A stretch of 50,856 bases of DNA, filler included, from Sphacelaria rigidula (GCA_964200075.2; 3 parts of 3 records of this genome joined end to end with filler, not necessarily neighbours in it); one strand, 5' to 3'. Shown: positions 23,550-37,081, counted from the first letter of the whole stretch. A program made the numbers and translations. The notes: a model not told the origin generated them from the sequence alone.

Positions 23550-24872
23550 GTTTGTCCGCTGTGGTTTCAGCAATGAAGGAAACAAAATAGGATAAAGGGG
23601 GGGGATATTTCTTAATGCGAGTGGCGAAGCCGCAGACAATACTGGTGAGATCTATGCTAGCACCGGGGGAAAGGCAGGAGAGGCGGGGTTATCAAAGGAC
23701 CCACAGCATAATTCTCTCCGAAAGCACAAAAAGTCTTCTAGGTACAAACATGTGTACTCTGTACGTGTACAGCAACAGTACCTACAGTAGAATACCGCCC
23801 TGCGCATGTACGGAAGTACGATTCAAATGTTCAAATCTCTCCAGCAGACGTCTCAGCAACGGACCCAACCAAGAAACACGATATTCTGCTCGATTAGTCC
23901 AGCTGTGCATATGATATTACTACACCGAATAAGACAGAAGCACGGCAAGCATGGCGTGCACTGGGAGGTGCAAGCATCCTGCGAGGAGTATCGCCAGAGT
24001 GTAACAGTACATTATTATAGCAGTCCTGAGAGATCCGTAAGTACTGTGGAGACTTGACGTAGACACCACTAGATTGACTATTTCCTACTTTATAAGTCCA
24101 TGAGAACGAAATTTTAATGGAGCAGGCTGTATACGATTCAAACTTATGCCACAAATGGATACAATTCTTCTCCTACCCGGCGCTGTCGCTTACTGCTAGC
24201 TGTTGCACCCGATGGTCGAGCAGAATCTGACATCTGAAGATGGTCATTGCCCATCGAGGCTCAGACCCGCGATCGATCTTCATATTATCATGTTCCACCG
24301 CCTCGTCACTCATGCCACCGCCTCGCCACTCATGCTACCCTTCCGCCCAAGTTTTCCGCACCTTGGATTTCTCCCACTGACCGGGGCTGCACACATTTGT
24401 ATTGTATTTTTTAGGACCGTGACTATTATTGAGACTTAATGCGGGTGATCCGACGGGGGAGGCGGCTACTCATGTGCTGAACGAGGTAAACCGGAGATTC
24501 TGATATGAAAAACAGCGAGGCAGTGACGACGCCGGTTTGTTTAGTGTTTTGGGACACACACGGGTGAATCTTGAAGCAATTGAGACCACGCTGGGAGAAG
24601 AATATCATCGAGCTTCTGTGATGCATTTTTCTTGTTTTCCTTGTTGCAAAGGAAATACGATCGCCTTCACCAGACAGGTTCCGACAAGGATGAAGAAACC
24701 CGAACCAAAGAAGACAACAAGTATCAGGAATACTCGTATCCATCTCCAGGGGGTGTTATACATCATGCGGACCATGTGTCCTTTCGCGTCAAAACGTCCA
24801 AAACCCGCCGCACCCACGTCGGAACGACACTTCCCCATGCCTGATCATCGCCGCGTGCACACCAGTGATAGC

Positions 24873-27800
24873 ATGTTTGCAAGGCTGCTGATAGTGTTAT
24901 TTTCGTCAGCCGTAAGCCGATATCCTGTGTCTGTGCGCGGCAACTCTGGGTGTTCTCTATTCAACTGGTGCAACGGGCACGGGACTTGCGACACATCGAC
25001 CAGCACGTGAGATCTCTCTTGTTGTTCCGCACAGATCATGCCTTCCTGTACCTTCTGCTGCAGCGTGCCTTACCTGGCGTGTGTCTCCAATATACTTATT
25101 TCCATACACCCCCAACAAAATGCCATGCATTTAGCACACAATAATCCTTTTATCGTCTCGTCGTGTTTTGTAGTGCTGCCGATGTGATCTCGCGATCTTC
25201 TCCACTTTGAGCAATGACTTACGATCTTTTCGTCGTAGTCCACACCAGGCCCTCTGGTGGTAATGTCTTCTAGACCCTCAACGAAGAAATAGACTTCCTC
25301 TACACAAACCATGGAAACAACAAGTATCACACCTATGATTGAGATATGTTCAAATAAACGCTGAATGTGTTGTCACAGATCTCAACTGCTTATACTTGAT
25401 AGCTACAACTTGACCACTGACAACGCAACCACCAGCGAGCGCCCCGAGAAATTCCAGCAACGTTGCCTGGTCAGGCGACATGGTGAGGCCAATGAGAGGT
25501 CATGATAACTCTCCTCCCGGACTGGAGTTGCACGCATGAGTTGGCGTGATCTACTAGAATTTTTGCGCCTGGACAGCAGCACCCAAAGAAGACATAACGG
25601 CTGCACAGCCATCACGTGCCTTTATCAAGTTTGTATAGACAGCGCTGTGTTCCCACCCCAATTCTGTACAAGAAGGAACAAAGCAGCAGTACTCGTACAG
25701 TAGCTCAGGCAGTCTCAGCGCAGGTCACACCGTGCTCGTAGGATTCAAACGCACCACGGTTCAGCAACAACTACGGCATAGAAATGATGGATGTGGGTAC
25801 GAAGCGCCAAGTCCATTAAACAGAAGACAAAAGCCAACTCACCACGGCATTTTTGACTGCGTAGGCAGAACTGCGTACCGACTACAACCCGTGTACCGAT
25901 CGTTCGGGACAGAACGATAGAGCGGTTCGAGCAATCCCCAGCGTAGACAAGACCGTCTCCGCAAGCTTCAAACAAACCGCAATGATGTCAGCCACGGATA
26001 GTACAAGGATGATGGGCCTGGGAACGAAGCGCCTTGTTCGTCGCCCAAAACATTACGTCCCACGAATATATCATGGCAGTTTTAACTCTGACAAAGACCG
26101 CACTGCATGCCGACAACAAAGATTTTGTACAGGCAATCCCCACTAGAAGCCAAACCGTCATCGCAAGGTCTACAGGACACGGGGGGGAACGAAAGCCCCA
26201 TCAAATACGTGTATCCACTTGACTTATACAAAGGAGAGGAGGGGAAATGTACCGTAATGATCCTTGCTTGTTCTAATGAAGATCTGGGGACGCCTCAGAA
26301 ATTAGGCTATGATCAGCGCGACACGATTCGGTGATGGTATTTCTTCATTATTACTTGATGTGCCTGAACATAATTTCACATTGACATGGTTGATACAGAA
26401 TGTGAACTTTGAGATGGCTTTTCCATAGTCATTTTTGTAGACGCTCAGCCCGTTTTCCCTATAAAGCTCTACTCGCCCTAGGCCTTATGCTACTGAGATT
26501 GATGTGAATATCGCTGCTGGCAGTACCGTGTGAAACATGAATCCCCTCATCATCTAATGTGTCCACATCGTTGCCATCGTTGCTGTCGTCTGAGCTGCTG
26601 CTGTTGATGGTGCGACGTGTGCGACCTTCGTGTCTGGGTGTGTTTGTGAGTCCTTGAAGCAATTCCCTAAATGGTTCAAGTATGTCAATACGTCGGGGAT
26701 ACCGATTGAAGCACGAACATTATTTATAAACAATGCTTCAAAATAGTACAGATACTTCTGAGAAAGTACTGTTTGATTGGGAGTAAAATCGATCAGTTAT
26801 GGTCCAGTTATGCCCCTTAACTCAAGCTAGTCAGTTAAAATGGCGCCTACTTGTCAACTGTAATCACACCCCTTTGTTGCTGATGTACTCCAGATGTACC
26901 TGCTTCGAGGGCTGGGGTGCGGATACCGATGTGACTTTGTACCGAGCGGCAGATTGTTCGGCGAGAGTTTGCCCTTCCGGCAAGGCGTGGGGAGATGTTC
27001 CCACGGGGCCTTTGGCAGCACATCAGGTGCAGGAGTGTTCCGGCCGGTGAGAATTCAACGGTGGTCAAATGCTTAACCAATCATACCCGTAGAGGGCGAG
27101 AGACGAAGCGGGTAGCGACAAATATACACCGTTTTTTGTTTCATTTTCCGCAAAAGCGTGCTCAGTAACTGATGCCACTGCGCGTAACACAACGTAAACA
27201 GGTATTCCGTGCTAAGAAGGACTTGGTTTGATTGTACACTGTATTTTTACTTGATTTGAATACGGATAGCTAACAAGAAGTCCCTCACCTCTGCCGGCTT
27301 AGATTCTCGCACCCACCCCTAGAAATATCGGTGAATTTTGCCTTCACCTAGGCCACGTAAACTCAGGTCACCTGGCGAACCCAATGCTACACACCAACAC
27401 TGATAGCATTAACAAGTAGTGGGGACGCCGAGGGAAACCACACTCGCATGGCAACTGAGTGACGCACCAATCGCAGAATCTACTACTCCTTCGCACCCCC
27501 TCTGGTCACAGCTGGCAGCTGTTCGTGTGAACAGCGTAATCAGTAAGATCTATGATGCTGGGATCTACGATGCAGCAGCGGTGTACTTGTATCATGTGTC
27601 TCGACAATTACACATGACGGGATTTTCTACCGTGATTGGCGTGTCGGGGACATACGTGAATGTGCAGTTCTCAGGTGGGGTCTGTGGTCGCCAACGGCAC
27701 ACGTTCGTCTGGTAACCCCAGCCACGAGCTCTCGTTCCGGTGCCTGAACTATCCAACGGCAGCAGCGTGGTCGGGGGCACAAGCTGCGAGTATCTGCCAT

Positions 27801-30800
27801 ACACAAATTGGCGAACATGGATTCGGCTGGCATATCTTTCGGCAGATAGATATGCTCTTTGTTGACTTAGCTGCTCAAGACATGTCGCTGCTGCCCTGGC
27901 ATTGTACTAGGAGTCGCGTCTATCGATGATGAGTTCTCATACGAAAGGGATATATAACCCTCTTCCGTGCCACTGCACTGCTGAACTGTGAGCAATATGA
28001 AGTATGAGCCGCACTGAATGCACGCTATTAGTTGAGAGCGTGATCGATCCTGAATATATGCATTATTCTCCGCTCAAACGACCAGTCAGCAAAAAACGCT
28101 TTCGGTCGGTCGTGTATCCTAGGCTGTAGAGGGTTTATATAAAAGTTTGATAGTACAACCTCGACAACATGATTAAGTTACTCAGCACATTTCAATGGCT
28201 TGTGCATTGGCTTGCTTCGTCGAAAACCTTGCCCCCGCCACCCTGCGGACGCTCTTACTTCTTCCGGGAGGGATACCTTATGTAAATGGTCGTGAGTTTG
28301 TGGATAAAGTACAGGGTGGTAAACATGTAAATCTCTATAGGTCGCAAATCCCTCGTTGAGAACAAGGATCTCACTTTTTCGAGATATGTCGGTATAAAAG
28401 TGACTATTGTCCGATAGCGAGGAGCCGAAACGTACAAGCATGGCGATACATGGACCGTCGGGACGTGATTGTACGCGGTAAGTGTCGATCGTTCGTGAGC
28501 GCGGCACATTCATCACAGCTCTTGTTTCCAAAACCTTGTAAAATTCATCTAATACCGTCAAACCACGTCCACGATATCTCACCACACGTACCCTATATGC
28601 AACACTAAAACTAATCTACTCTCTACCCTCGGATACAGCTCCGAACCAAGAAAGGTATGTATGACTGGAGATTTGCTTGTTGCACAGTTCAGTTGCGACC
28701 TCAGTCCATGAAGACAAACGGATCTGCCAGGTAACCTGCATGTACTATTTCACTGTTCCATCATTTCTACCGAGAATCAGGCTCACCTGGTATGGAGTTC
28801 TGGACAGGTGACAGTTTCTTGTATGTAAGCGCTGGTCCCTTTAGTTATTGTTAGTGCTGTTATTCAGGCTTCTATTTAATCACAGATGGGCATATGGTAA
28901 CGGTAGTTTTGTGAAAAGGTGTTTCCACGGTGGACACTTGTGGAAATTTTCAGGGATCTTTACATTACACGTCACAAATTTCGTGACACGTCACAATTAA
29001 GCCTGGCTAGTACTCTGGTGGGGCCCTACGTGTTCCCCCACCGTAGTACTAGCGAGGCCCGAGACTTCATTTGATTTGACTTGACTTTACACAGGGCTCC
29101 GCGTGTAACGAATTTTGTAATGCGTAACGGTAAGTTGTGACTTGTAACGAACTTTGTGACGTGTAACGTAAAGATCCCTGAATTTTTCCCCCTTCAATGT
29201 GGTGGTGTCCGCATCACCCCTCCCCCCCCCCTTATGAGGCTTCTCATACGTCCTTAAACGAGAAGAGGCTTGTAGGGGTAACCTTTTCGCCGGCTAGCGA
29301 TGAGGATGTACACCTTTCTTCGCATGTCTTCTACATGTATTAGCTTGCTAAGCCAACAATCTCCACAGGAGGCTTTCCCGTAAGTCTGTGAACTCTGCCT
29401 GTCTTGTCCCCCACCATTTTTACGAGTGTTTTTTGTCCCTGCTTAACTCTTTTCATCACCGTGATTGAAGCCGGAATTCGAAGCCGGAACGTTCTGTTCA
29501 TGATGCGTACGAGTTATCTCACTGATGTCGCTAACGTGAACAGGTGATTCCTCGACGGACGCCTGTGGGGATTTTTGCCTTCAATGAGATATCCACAGTA
29601 TCCTATAATGCACATGATACATTATCCTAGCTTCCTGCCTACACAGAACAGGACGCACACCACTAATTGTCGCCATAATCCCGGCAGCTAGGCCATTTCA
29701 AATCGAAAATACCATCAGGTTAGTAGTATCTTACCCGTATAAGGTGTACTACTGTACATCAGACATAGCACAGGCTACAGTGCAGTATCACTACCTTGCA
29801 TTGCACATTACAGTACAGTACAGCACAGCACAGCACAGCACACCGCAGGACAGGGCAGTACAAAAAAACTGTACAATGTCATAGTGGCACTATATTACAA
29901 CATACTGTTGTGCCGGCCGTGATGTCACTGGATTCCACTGTGCCTGTCATGATTTGCTGGTGCTTCTTTAAACAAACCAGAACGCACCGTGAAATCCATC
30001 AAGTACCAATCGAATGAGACCGACACGATGAACGTAATGTAAAACGTTTCGCTGCATCAAACACGACCAGAAAATGCTCGCCCCAAGTACCGTGTTGCTT
30101 ATTTTCCCGCGTGCGCGTGCATCTCCACGTGTACAGAGGGCTTTGTGATCGAGAAAGCGGGGAGTGCGAGTGTTTTGACGGATTCTCGGGGGGGGCTTGT
30201 GAACGATCGGGCTGCCCCAACGACTGTTCGGGTCACGGACGCTGCGTAAATATGAAGTCATTGGCAACGACATCAGAAGCGTTGCCACTATCCAACGTCA
30301 CAACGTACACGGGTGAGATTTGTACCCTTACCCGCCCTCCAGTAGTGCTGTCGAAGGGTGGAGGCGAGGTATTGGAGAATTATATATTTTTTGAGTGCAT
30401 GTCACCATCGGCCGGATGAGGTGCTATAATACCGTTGTTTGCAAATACATGGCGATAGGACATGTTGCTGTTGATACTAAAGAGAGAGGGAAGAGGCAGG
30501 CGTCCGCAGAATTTCCATGGGTCGAATACCTCTGGTGGTCGCTGATTATCAAGCATTCTTGATGAACAGACGATGTCATCCCTCGTCACACGTCCCCTCA
30601 GATGTGAACTTCTCTTCTGACCTCACTCTAGTCGACAGGATGCATAAAATGCTATCGTCACTTTCTTGTCATAGAGTTGCGCAGAGCATGACTGCAAGGT
30701 GTCGACCATGTTTTTTTTTTCAGCGCATAAGTTAAAGCTGAACAATTTCAAAACATACAGCGCAGATTCCTATCCTCCTTACAGCGGTTTCGTGTCCCAA

Positions 30801-32959
30801 TCTTGGTACTACTGCTTCTCGTCGCGTTCTTGCGTTCTAGGAGAGGACGATTCAGTCACATGGGACGAAGAAATGATATACGGCTGTGTTTGTGATTCTT
30901 CATGGGAGGTAGGGCTAGGGTCTGGACAAACGCAGGAGCCGGAGTGGTTCGGCCCGGATTGTTCTTTGCGGCACTGTCCAAGTGGGGACGATCCCAGCAC
31001 TACCGTGGACGAAACGGACTGCTACAACGTTACTACTTCATCCGTCTACAGTGGCGCCGCGGTCGGTATCTTCCATGTGGCTGTGCTTTTTCGTCGGACT
31101 GGCAGGAACTTAATTTATGAAGAGAGTTAGGGGACTCGTTTTCGGTGTGCGAAGTTCTTCTTGTCTGTCGCCGTCCGAATATTGTCGACTCTCCCCCTCT
31201 TTGACGTGAGGTCGATGTGAGTAGTAGCTTTGTATCACAGCAAGGAGAGTGGCGGGCGTATCTTATAACAGGGTAATGGTCAAGAGAAGGCATGTGCTGA
31301 GGGTTTTGGTCGCTGCAGGGTACAGTGATCAGTGGTTACTTCGCAGCGCAAAATGGACGCGACCTTGACCCGATTTCAGTCGTTTCCGTCGAAAATCAGC
31401 GGAGTTGCTTCCTCTCTGCGCATTTACCACATAACAAACGGGGAGGAAAGAGCGAGGATGCGTTTCGAACAGCTACAAACCGGCAAGGTTTGTAGCTGTT
31501 CGTCCATACCCTCCTTGGGCACCCACACCTTTTTCGGCGGCAATCCGCCGATTCTAGTCACTTTTGTACCCTTGGTCGGCCACTGACATCCTCTTCTGCG
31601 GACAAAAAAGCATGCCTCAACTGAAGTTGGACGCGTGAAACCTCGCTGATCACTCTACCTACATTGCAGTGCCCCAAAAGTGACAAAGTGAATGAGGCTA
31701 TCTCTCACCACCACCCTTTACAACACGCAAGTGGAGGGCCTCCTAGCCCTGCATGTTCGGTTTTTGCTGCTTGCGTAGAGTGACTAGGACTGTCCTGGGG
31801 TTTGGAGTTGCAGCCGAGGAGTGATATCGAACAGCGTTCTCGTCGTGTCGAAACAGCATCGTCAACTTTTTAAAACACGATCCAAGCACACAGGTTTCGG
31901 CCGACATGCGTGATCACCCACATGTTCGGTTTACGGCAAGTGGCATGGCTAACAAATTTTGCTCAGGTGTAACACAGAGCACGCGGTCGGAATATTAATC
32001 GGTTGGCTGATGGATTTGATGGATTGTGGACCGTGAACTGACCCGCTAGAAAAGCAATACGTGGTCACAAGGTTGAAGTACCTAAGGTAAACGGGAACGG
32101 AAACAGCCGCTACTGGAGAGAGAACTTCGACAACGGGGGGGGTGATATTAGAGAGGGAGAACAAAAGAAGGAGTAGGTTGAGAAACGAGAAACGAAACAA
32201 AAAAAAATAAGGCAAGCACACACACTCATACACTCAGACACACAAGATATACGAAGCTACATCAGACACAGAATTCTAGAAATTGCGAACGCAGTTTTTG
32301 TTGACGATAGACCGTGGGAACATCCATGAAAATCAAAATATTTTCGGAATAAAAATGCAAACACACTCTTTAGCCATGATGTGTGGCCTTGCTCGTCGTT
32401 AGAAGAACCCATCCACATTTTTGAAAAACTCGTGTTTACACCGAACAATTTCGTTCGACTTTCGTTCACTCCCCTACAAAACTGCGGATGCACTTTGTCT
32501 TTTGAGGATGAGCGAGGCCACACAACACGGACAAGCGAGGCCATACATCACGGTCGGAGAGTACCTTTGCATTCTATTTTGGAGAATATTTCCGTGCTTT
32601 TAAACGTTCCCAGGGTTCATCCTCAAAAACGTTTATCCGCAAATAAATAGTCAAATCCCGTGTTGATCATTCGATCATCTTGTTGTTATCATTCGGTCAC
32701 TGGAGTAGGAAGACACGGTTTTCCTGTACGACATGAATGTGTGCCCATTCTTCACCCCCCTCCTCACCCCCTCCCGTTCCGACTCCTTTGAATTGATTCG
32801 GTGCCGTCGTATTTTGCCCGATCCCAGGGCTGGCAGGGAAACCTCTGTCAGGTGGACTGCTCCAATAGGGGCACTTGCGACTATGGCACAGGACTGTGTG
32901 ATTGCTATACCGGCTACTATGGCTACAACTGCCAGCTGCAGTCTGTCCTCGCGAAGTAA
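24873..32959 (+). CDS. Secreted cysteine-rich EGF-like repeat protein (Sig/mastigoneme-protein-like), 5 exons, ~271 aa
   Basis: Exons 24873-25006, 26894-27046, 30137-30312, 30841-31061 and 32828-32959. Introns are GT-AG and in phase (816 nt). Hydrophobic N-terminus, then CNGHGTC..CTCFEGW..DCSARVCP..AWGD..AH..ECSGRGLCDRESGECECFDGF..CPNDCSGHGRC..WD..GCVCD..DCSLRHCPSGDDP..DCSNRGTCDYGTGLCDC. The exon 4 donor was chosen by phase. Confidence 0.9.
28951..29180. mobile_element. hAT-like MITE (CAGGGATC termini) containing an inverted pair of 5S rRNA fragments
   Basis: ~45-bp TIR CAGGGATCTTTACRTTACACGTCACAAA, with AATTTT on both flanks. Internal hairpin at 29005-29053, then a (TTGAY)n tract. Confidence 0.65.
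29190..29525 (-). mobile_element. Candidate tRNA-derived SINE in intron 2 of the EGF gene
   Basis: Minus-strand B-box-like GCTTCGAATTCC with a degenerate A box upstream. Ends are approximate. Confidence 0.3.
29810..29843 (+). repeat. (ACAGY)n pentanucleotide microsatellite
   Basis: acagtacagtacagcacagcacagcacagcacac. Confidence 0.7.
31923..32268. mobile_element. Candidate solo LTR in intron 4 of the EGF gene
   Basis: Bounded by TGT...ACA with 4-bp flanks CACA/CAGA (one mismatch). Strong strand asymmetry and no second copy in the window. Confidence 0.4.
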
Positions 32960-33085
32960 AGTAGCGCGTCACCCCCTGCATTTCGATTTTGATGATGCGC
33001 ATTAGAAAACACGGCACCCATGTCTAATACCAAGTCACTTATATATTTGCCGGATGTTGTTGGATCGAAATTTCATGGCGTTGTC

Positions 33086-33693
33086 CAACGGTCTGTCGAT
33101 AAACAGATCGGGACACGGAGGCCTCAAAATCGAAAGTTTGAGCTTTTGAGGGGGGGAGGGGGGGGGGGGGGACATCCATCCTGCTGTCCCTAGTTTATTG
33201 CCGAGGCGTTGGCGGATATGATCAGCTGCGGTGCACAGAGATCCTTGACATGGAGACCGACGAGATGGCGGACGCGCCACCCACCCCAGCTCATCACTTA
33301 CCATGGTTACATTCATGGGATCATGTTCCGTGTGGTGTGCCTCGAGTACCTACCAGTAGTCCGGGCAAGTTTGGCGGGGCGTGAGATAATATTGCTACAT
33401 AGGCTGCAAGCTGCTGTCGCTGCCGTGCGCTCGTGTACATACATGTATGTGAGCGTGGCCGGCATCCGAGGTCATCAGGATAGAGTGGGCAAGAAGCAGA
33501 AGCAGATATACGAACCTCATAAAGCGCACCAGAATTTTAGGTTTTTGTCAGTGTTTCTTGATCAACTACTTGAACAGTATTAACAAAACAAATATTCAAA
33601 AAGTCATGACAATTTTCGAAAAATTGCAGTCCGGGAGGGGGGGCGCGGGGGGGGGGGCTCCGTGTCCGAAAACCTTCTCCCGACAGACCCTTG
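33086..33693. mobile_element. ~610-bp non-autonomous TIR element (CAAGGGTCTGTCG termini), copy 2
   Basis: CAACGGTCTGTCG...CGACAGACCCTTG. Reverse-complement homologue of 7684-8294. The 7-bp flanks CGTTGTC/GGTTATC partly match. Confidence 0.65.
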
Positions 33694-33872
33694 GGTTATC
33701 CTCGGTTTCTGTGTTCATACAATGATTGTGCGGTGCGGCAAGTTATTGCTGGTATCACTGCGGTATACTGTGCATGAACAATGCTACGGGTGTACTCATG
33801 ATCATGCATGCCATAGTCATTGGACCATTGACCTCGCATCCCTACAATGCCGGGACGGAGTACGCCGCGTTT

Positions 33873-33972
33873 NNNNNNNNNNNNNNNNNNNNNNNNNNNN
33901 NNNNNNNNNNNNNNNNTTAATTAATTAANNNNNNNNNNNNNNNNNNNNNNNNNNNNNNNNNNNNNNNNNNNN
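33873..33972. other. Artificial scaffold linker (44 N + TTAATTAATTAA + 44 N)
   Basis: Identical design to 16887-16986. Confidence 0.97.
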
Positions 33973-34622
33973 GGGTCGACGAAAAGCTACTCTGTTTGCC
34001 CCACCCGAATTATGCAAATGACCACTGTATGTTGATGTACAGATGACACGGGTCTGCAGATCAGTTGGACATCACAGTGCGTGTGTGAACCGGGTCGTAC
34101 AGCTCGTCGCTCGGTAAACATGTACGGGTCAAGCGGGTCCTACATATCACCATCGGACAAGCATGTACAGGTGACAGCACACCTCGTACAGATAATGATT
34201 TATGCCCCAAATGTGCTGACCCGGATCTGTCACGACCTGATCCGTCCGACGTGTGCAATAAAACACTTGGTTCCTGATGAACGCAGGAACCAATCACAAG
34301 CTGATAAGCTTTATTGAGTGAAGAAAAACAGAGAGTGACCACGAGATGGTATCCCAGAAACCTTTCTCATATCAACGAAACCTTTCGTGCTATAAACTGT
34401 ACGATTTGAACCATATAACCATGAACTCTACATCCATGAACTTTTGATACTAGAAACTCCTCGACTCAAGCTCTTCACTATTCTGACATCAACAGTTCGA
34501 CCTATCCATTCATCAATCCTACATAACCCTACTGTCAAAACCCGTTCGTACTGTAAATTCTACGTTCTACGTATGTTGCTGTTCATGTTGAACAGTAACT
34601 TAACGTACCGCTAAAGTTGTAT

Positions 34623-34855
34623 AGACTCTGAAAATCGAACACATGTACTTCACGTCATTACGACTTCCTGAGGATGGGGTTTTCCGATTTTTCCACTCGC
34701 CGGTTATCGGGGGTCTCAGAACGTGACGTGATCACCTCAAATCCACCAGAACCCTAGGACTCCCGAAAACTGGCGAAATGAAAGAAATCGAACAACCCCA
34801 TCCTCGTAAAAGATCGTAGTGACCTGAAGTACAGATGTAAAAATTCTCAGAATCT
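34623..34855. mobile_element. Old degenerate foldback MITE
   Basis: The arms TGTACTTCACGTCATTACGA..GAGGATGGGGTT..TCGCCGGTTATCGGG and CCCGAAAACTGGCGA..AACCCCATCCTC..TCGTAGTGACCTGAAGTACA are imperfect reverse complements. Confidence 0.55.
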
Positions 34856-36853
34856 CACTCTAAACCCTGCGAGAAGGTTTGCGATGAGTGCAGTTGGGTG
34901 TCCACCGTGAGCCAGATTGTATCCAGCAGCGGTTTGTGTGACCAAAGCGGGTGAACGTGAATGACTGCATAACTGTGTGATTTTACGGCCTATACCCTGA
35001 GCGACGCTACGAAAAGTATCCTGTTTAGGTCGGTATCATTCCTGGCACCAACAGGCATATCTCAGAAACATTGCGGCTCGAGAATACTGATCCGAAACAT
35101 GGATTGTTGTTGTGACACGTGGGGCAGTGCTCCGAGCTCATGAGACCGATACAAGGGCGAACGCGTTAGATCGTATATATGCCATCTCTTATTTTGAAAC
35201 AGTGTGAAAAAAATCAATTTACTCGTGAGACAGTCCCTGATTGTTCACCCATGTGGAGTGACGAGCCACCGTACATAGCCCGTATGAAAGCAATGCTTTT
35301 CCCAAGGGGTTTCCAACGCAGGCGTGACCATCTGTGCATTCTCAGATGAAGGGCTCCAAAACACTTCATGACTCATCTTGTAACAGAAAAATGAGGTTGT
35401 AGCTGCCTTCTCGACTTCTACTACGAATGCACACGTGGCATCGGCGTCGGCGCAATGTCTGTGAGTAGAGCCTCCATACCTGTCACGTGCTGTCATTCGT
35501 CATTTCACACGGCCTACAGAACTACACAACATGGCATGTCGGTTGTGCGTCATCACCTATTAAGCCAGTTTCTCCTTCACGAAGTGAAATTCTGCTGTAG
35601 GGACGGCATAAGGCCCTTACCATGCATGCCGGGCGATGAAATCGTGGGCTGACGCACGTGGGAAGCGTGTGCTAGGATGTACGAACGAAATACTGGATTC
35701 TGCTCCTCGCTAACGTCTCTACAGTGCTGTAGGGCAACCGGTGTATGGAGCTCGAAACCCGCAGTGGGACTTCACCGACCCGCAGCAGGCCTAAACGGGC
35801 AAAGGTTCCAAATTTCGCAACAAAGTTTTAATGCAGACCGAATTTGGGGCGAGGGTCACTGCTACGTAACTTCCTGTTGCCCACTCTCCTACGACGAAAG
35901 CTTACGCGCGGAAGCAATTTTTCCAGGAAAGTGGTTTTGGCCACCGCATCCTCACTCCGTACATCTTCATACTTCGGTGTTCAAACCTTAAGACAGCGGG
36001 TCCGATATATTGCAGAGTATCAAATACCTGTACTACGAGTAGTGTATAAAAAAACACAACACTACTGCGGTGCTTTCGTATCTTCTCGTATTGTTCACCC
36101 CCAACATTACATCACCAGTATCCGGGACTGCTATAATATTCATCGGAAGGTACCACCTCCACCATGTAGCCGTGGTTCTTGATCGGAGTCATCGGCAGAC
36201 AGCAAGTAGGACTGGGTACATGTTTCCAGACGTTTGAAAGCATGATGTGCTTTTTCAGCACCCAAAGTACGTACACGGCACATGTGATTGTAGTGGTGCA
36301 TTGACCCCGCCCTCGTGATTGGGGCAAATGGCACATGAGGGTTTGAGGTCTTCACACTAGAATCTTGTTTGCTGTATGTGCCATTGCCAGGCACATGACA
36401 ATGATGAAAGGCCATACTGTGCGTGATGGACAGTCCTTCATATGACCAGCATTTCATGCGTATCATTCTCATGCGACCACGTTCCTAAAGCGGTGCAACG
36501 ATGGCTCTGTGAGATGTTCACTTTTGCCGTCCGGTTCACTGACGGTCACGTGAGAGCCTATCATGCGCGTCACATGGATTCATTGTTTCAATGTATCTCG
36601 ATGTCTCATTGGGCATACTCGACATTCGCTCAAGGAGAAGAGCTCAGACGCAACATAGCGTTATGTTGTTGCCGATGGAACAGCACACTACACAGGTTAG
36701 CACACGTAGAAAAGCAGCGGTAAGCGTCTCTGCAAACGATCGTGTTTGACCCACGTGTCCTCACAAGTGTACGCTATCTAGTGTTTCGAGAGTATGCGTA
36801 CCACCGTTTCCCCTTCAATCAAGGCCCTGAAGCAGCATGTACCGGTCGTGCTG

Positions 36854-37081
36854 CTAGTGGACATTTTTCGGCCTTGAAGACACAGCTGCTCCGGACCGCA
36901 TATGAACGGAATGAAGGGTACATGGTTGTGTTTTGCCTGACCGCGGGTCCGGGCTTGCGGTTTCCCACTAGTGGACATTTTTCGGCCTTGAAGACACAGC
37001 TGCTCCGGACCGCATATGAACGGAATGAAGGGTACATGGTTGTGTTTTGCCTGACCGCGGGTCCGGGCTTGCGGTTTCCCA
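36854..37081 (+). repeat. Perfect tandem duplication, 2 x 114 bp
   Basis: 36854-36967 and 36968-37081 are identical by eye. Confidence 0.9.

Noticed and set aside
31321-31657. MITE with TASAGTGATCAG termini
   Set aside because: Only ~12 bp of imperfect inverted match, no target duplication and no second copy.
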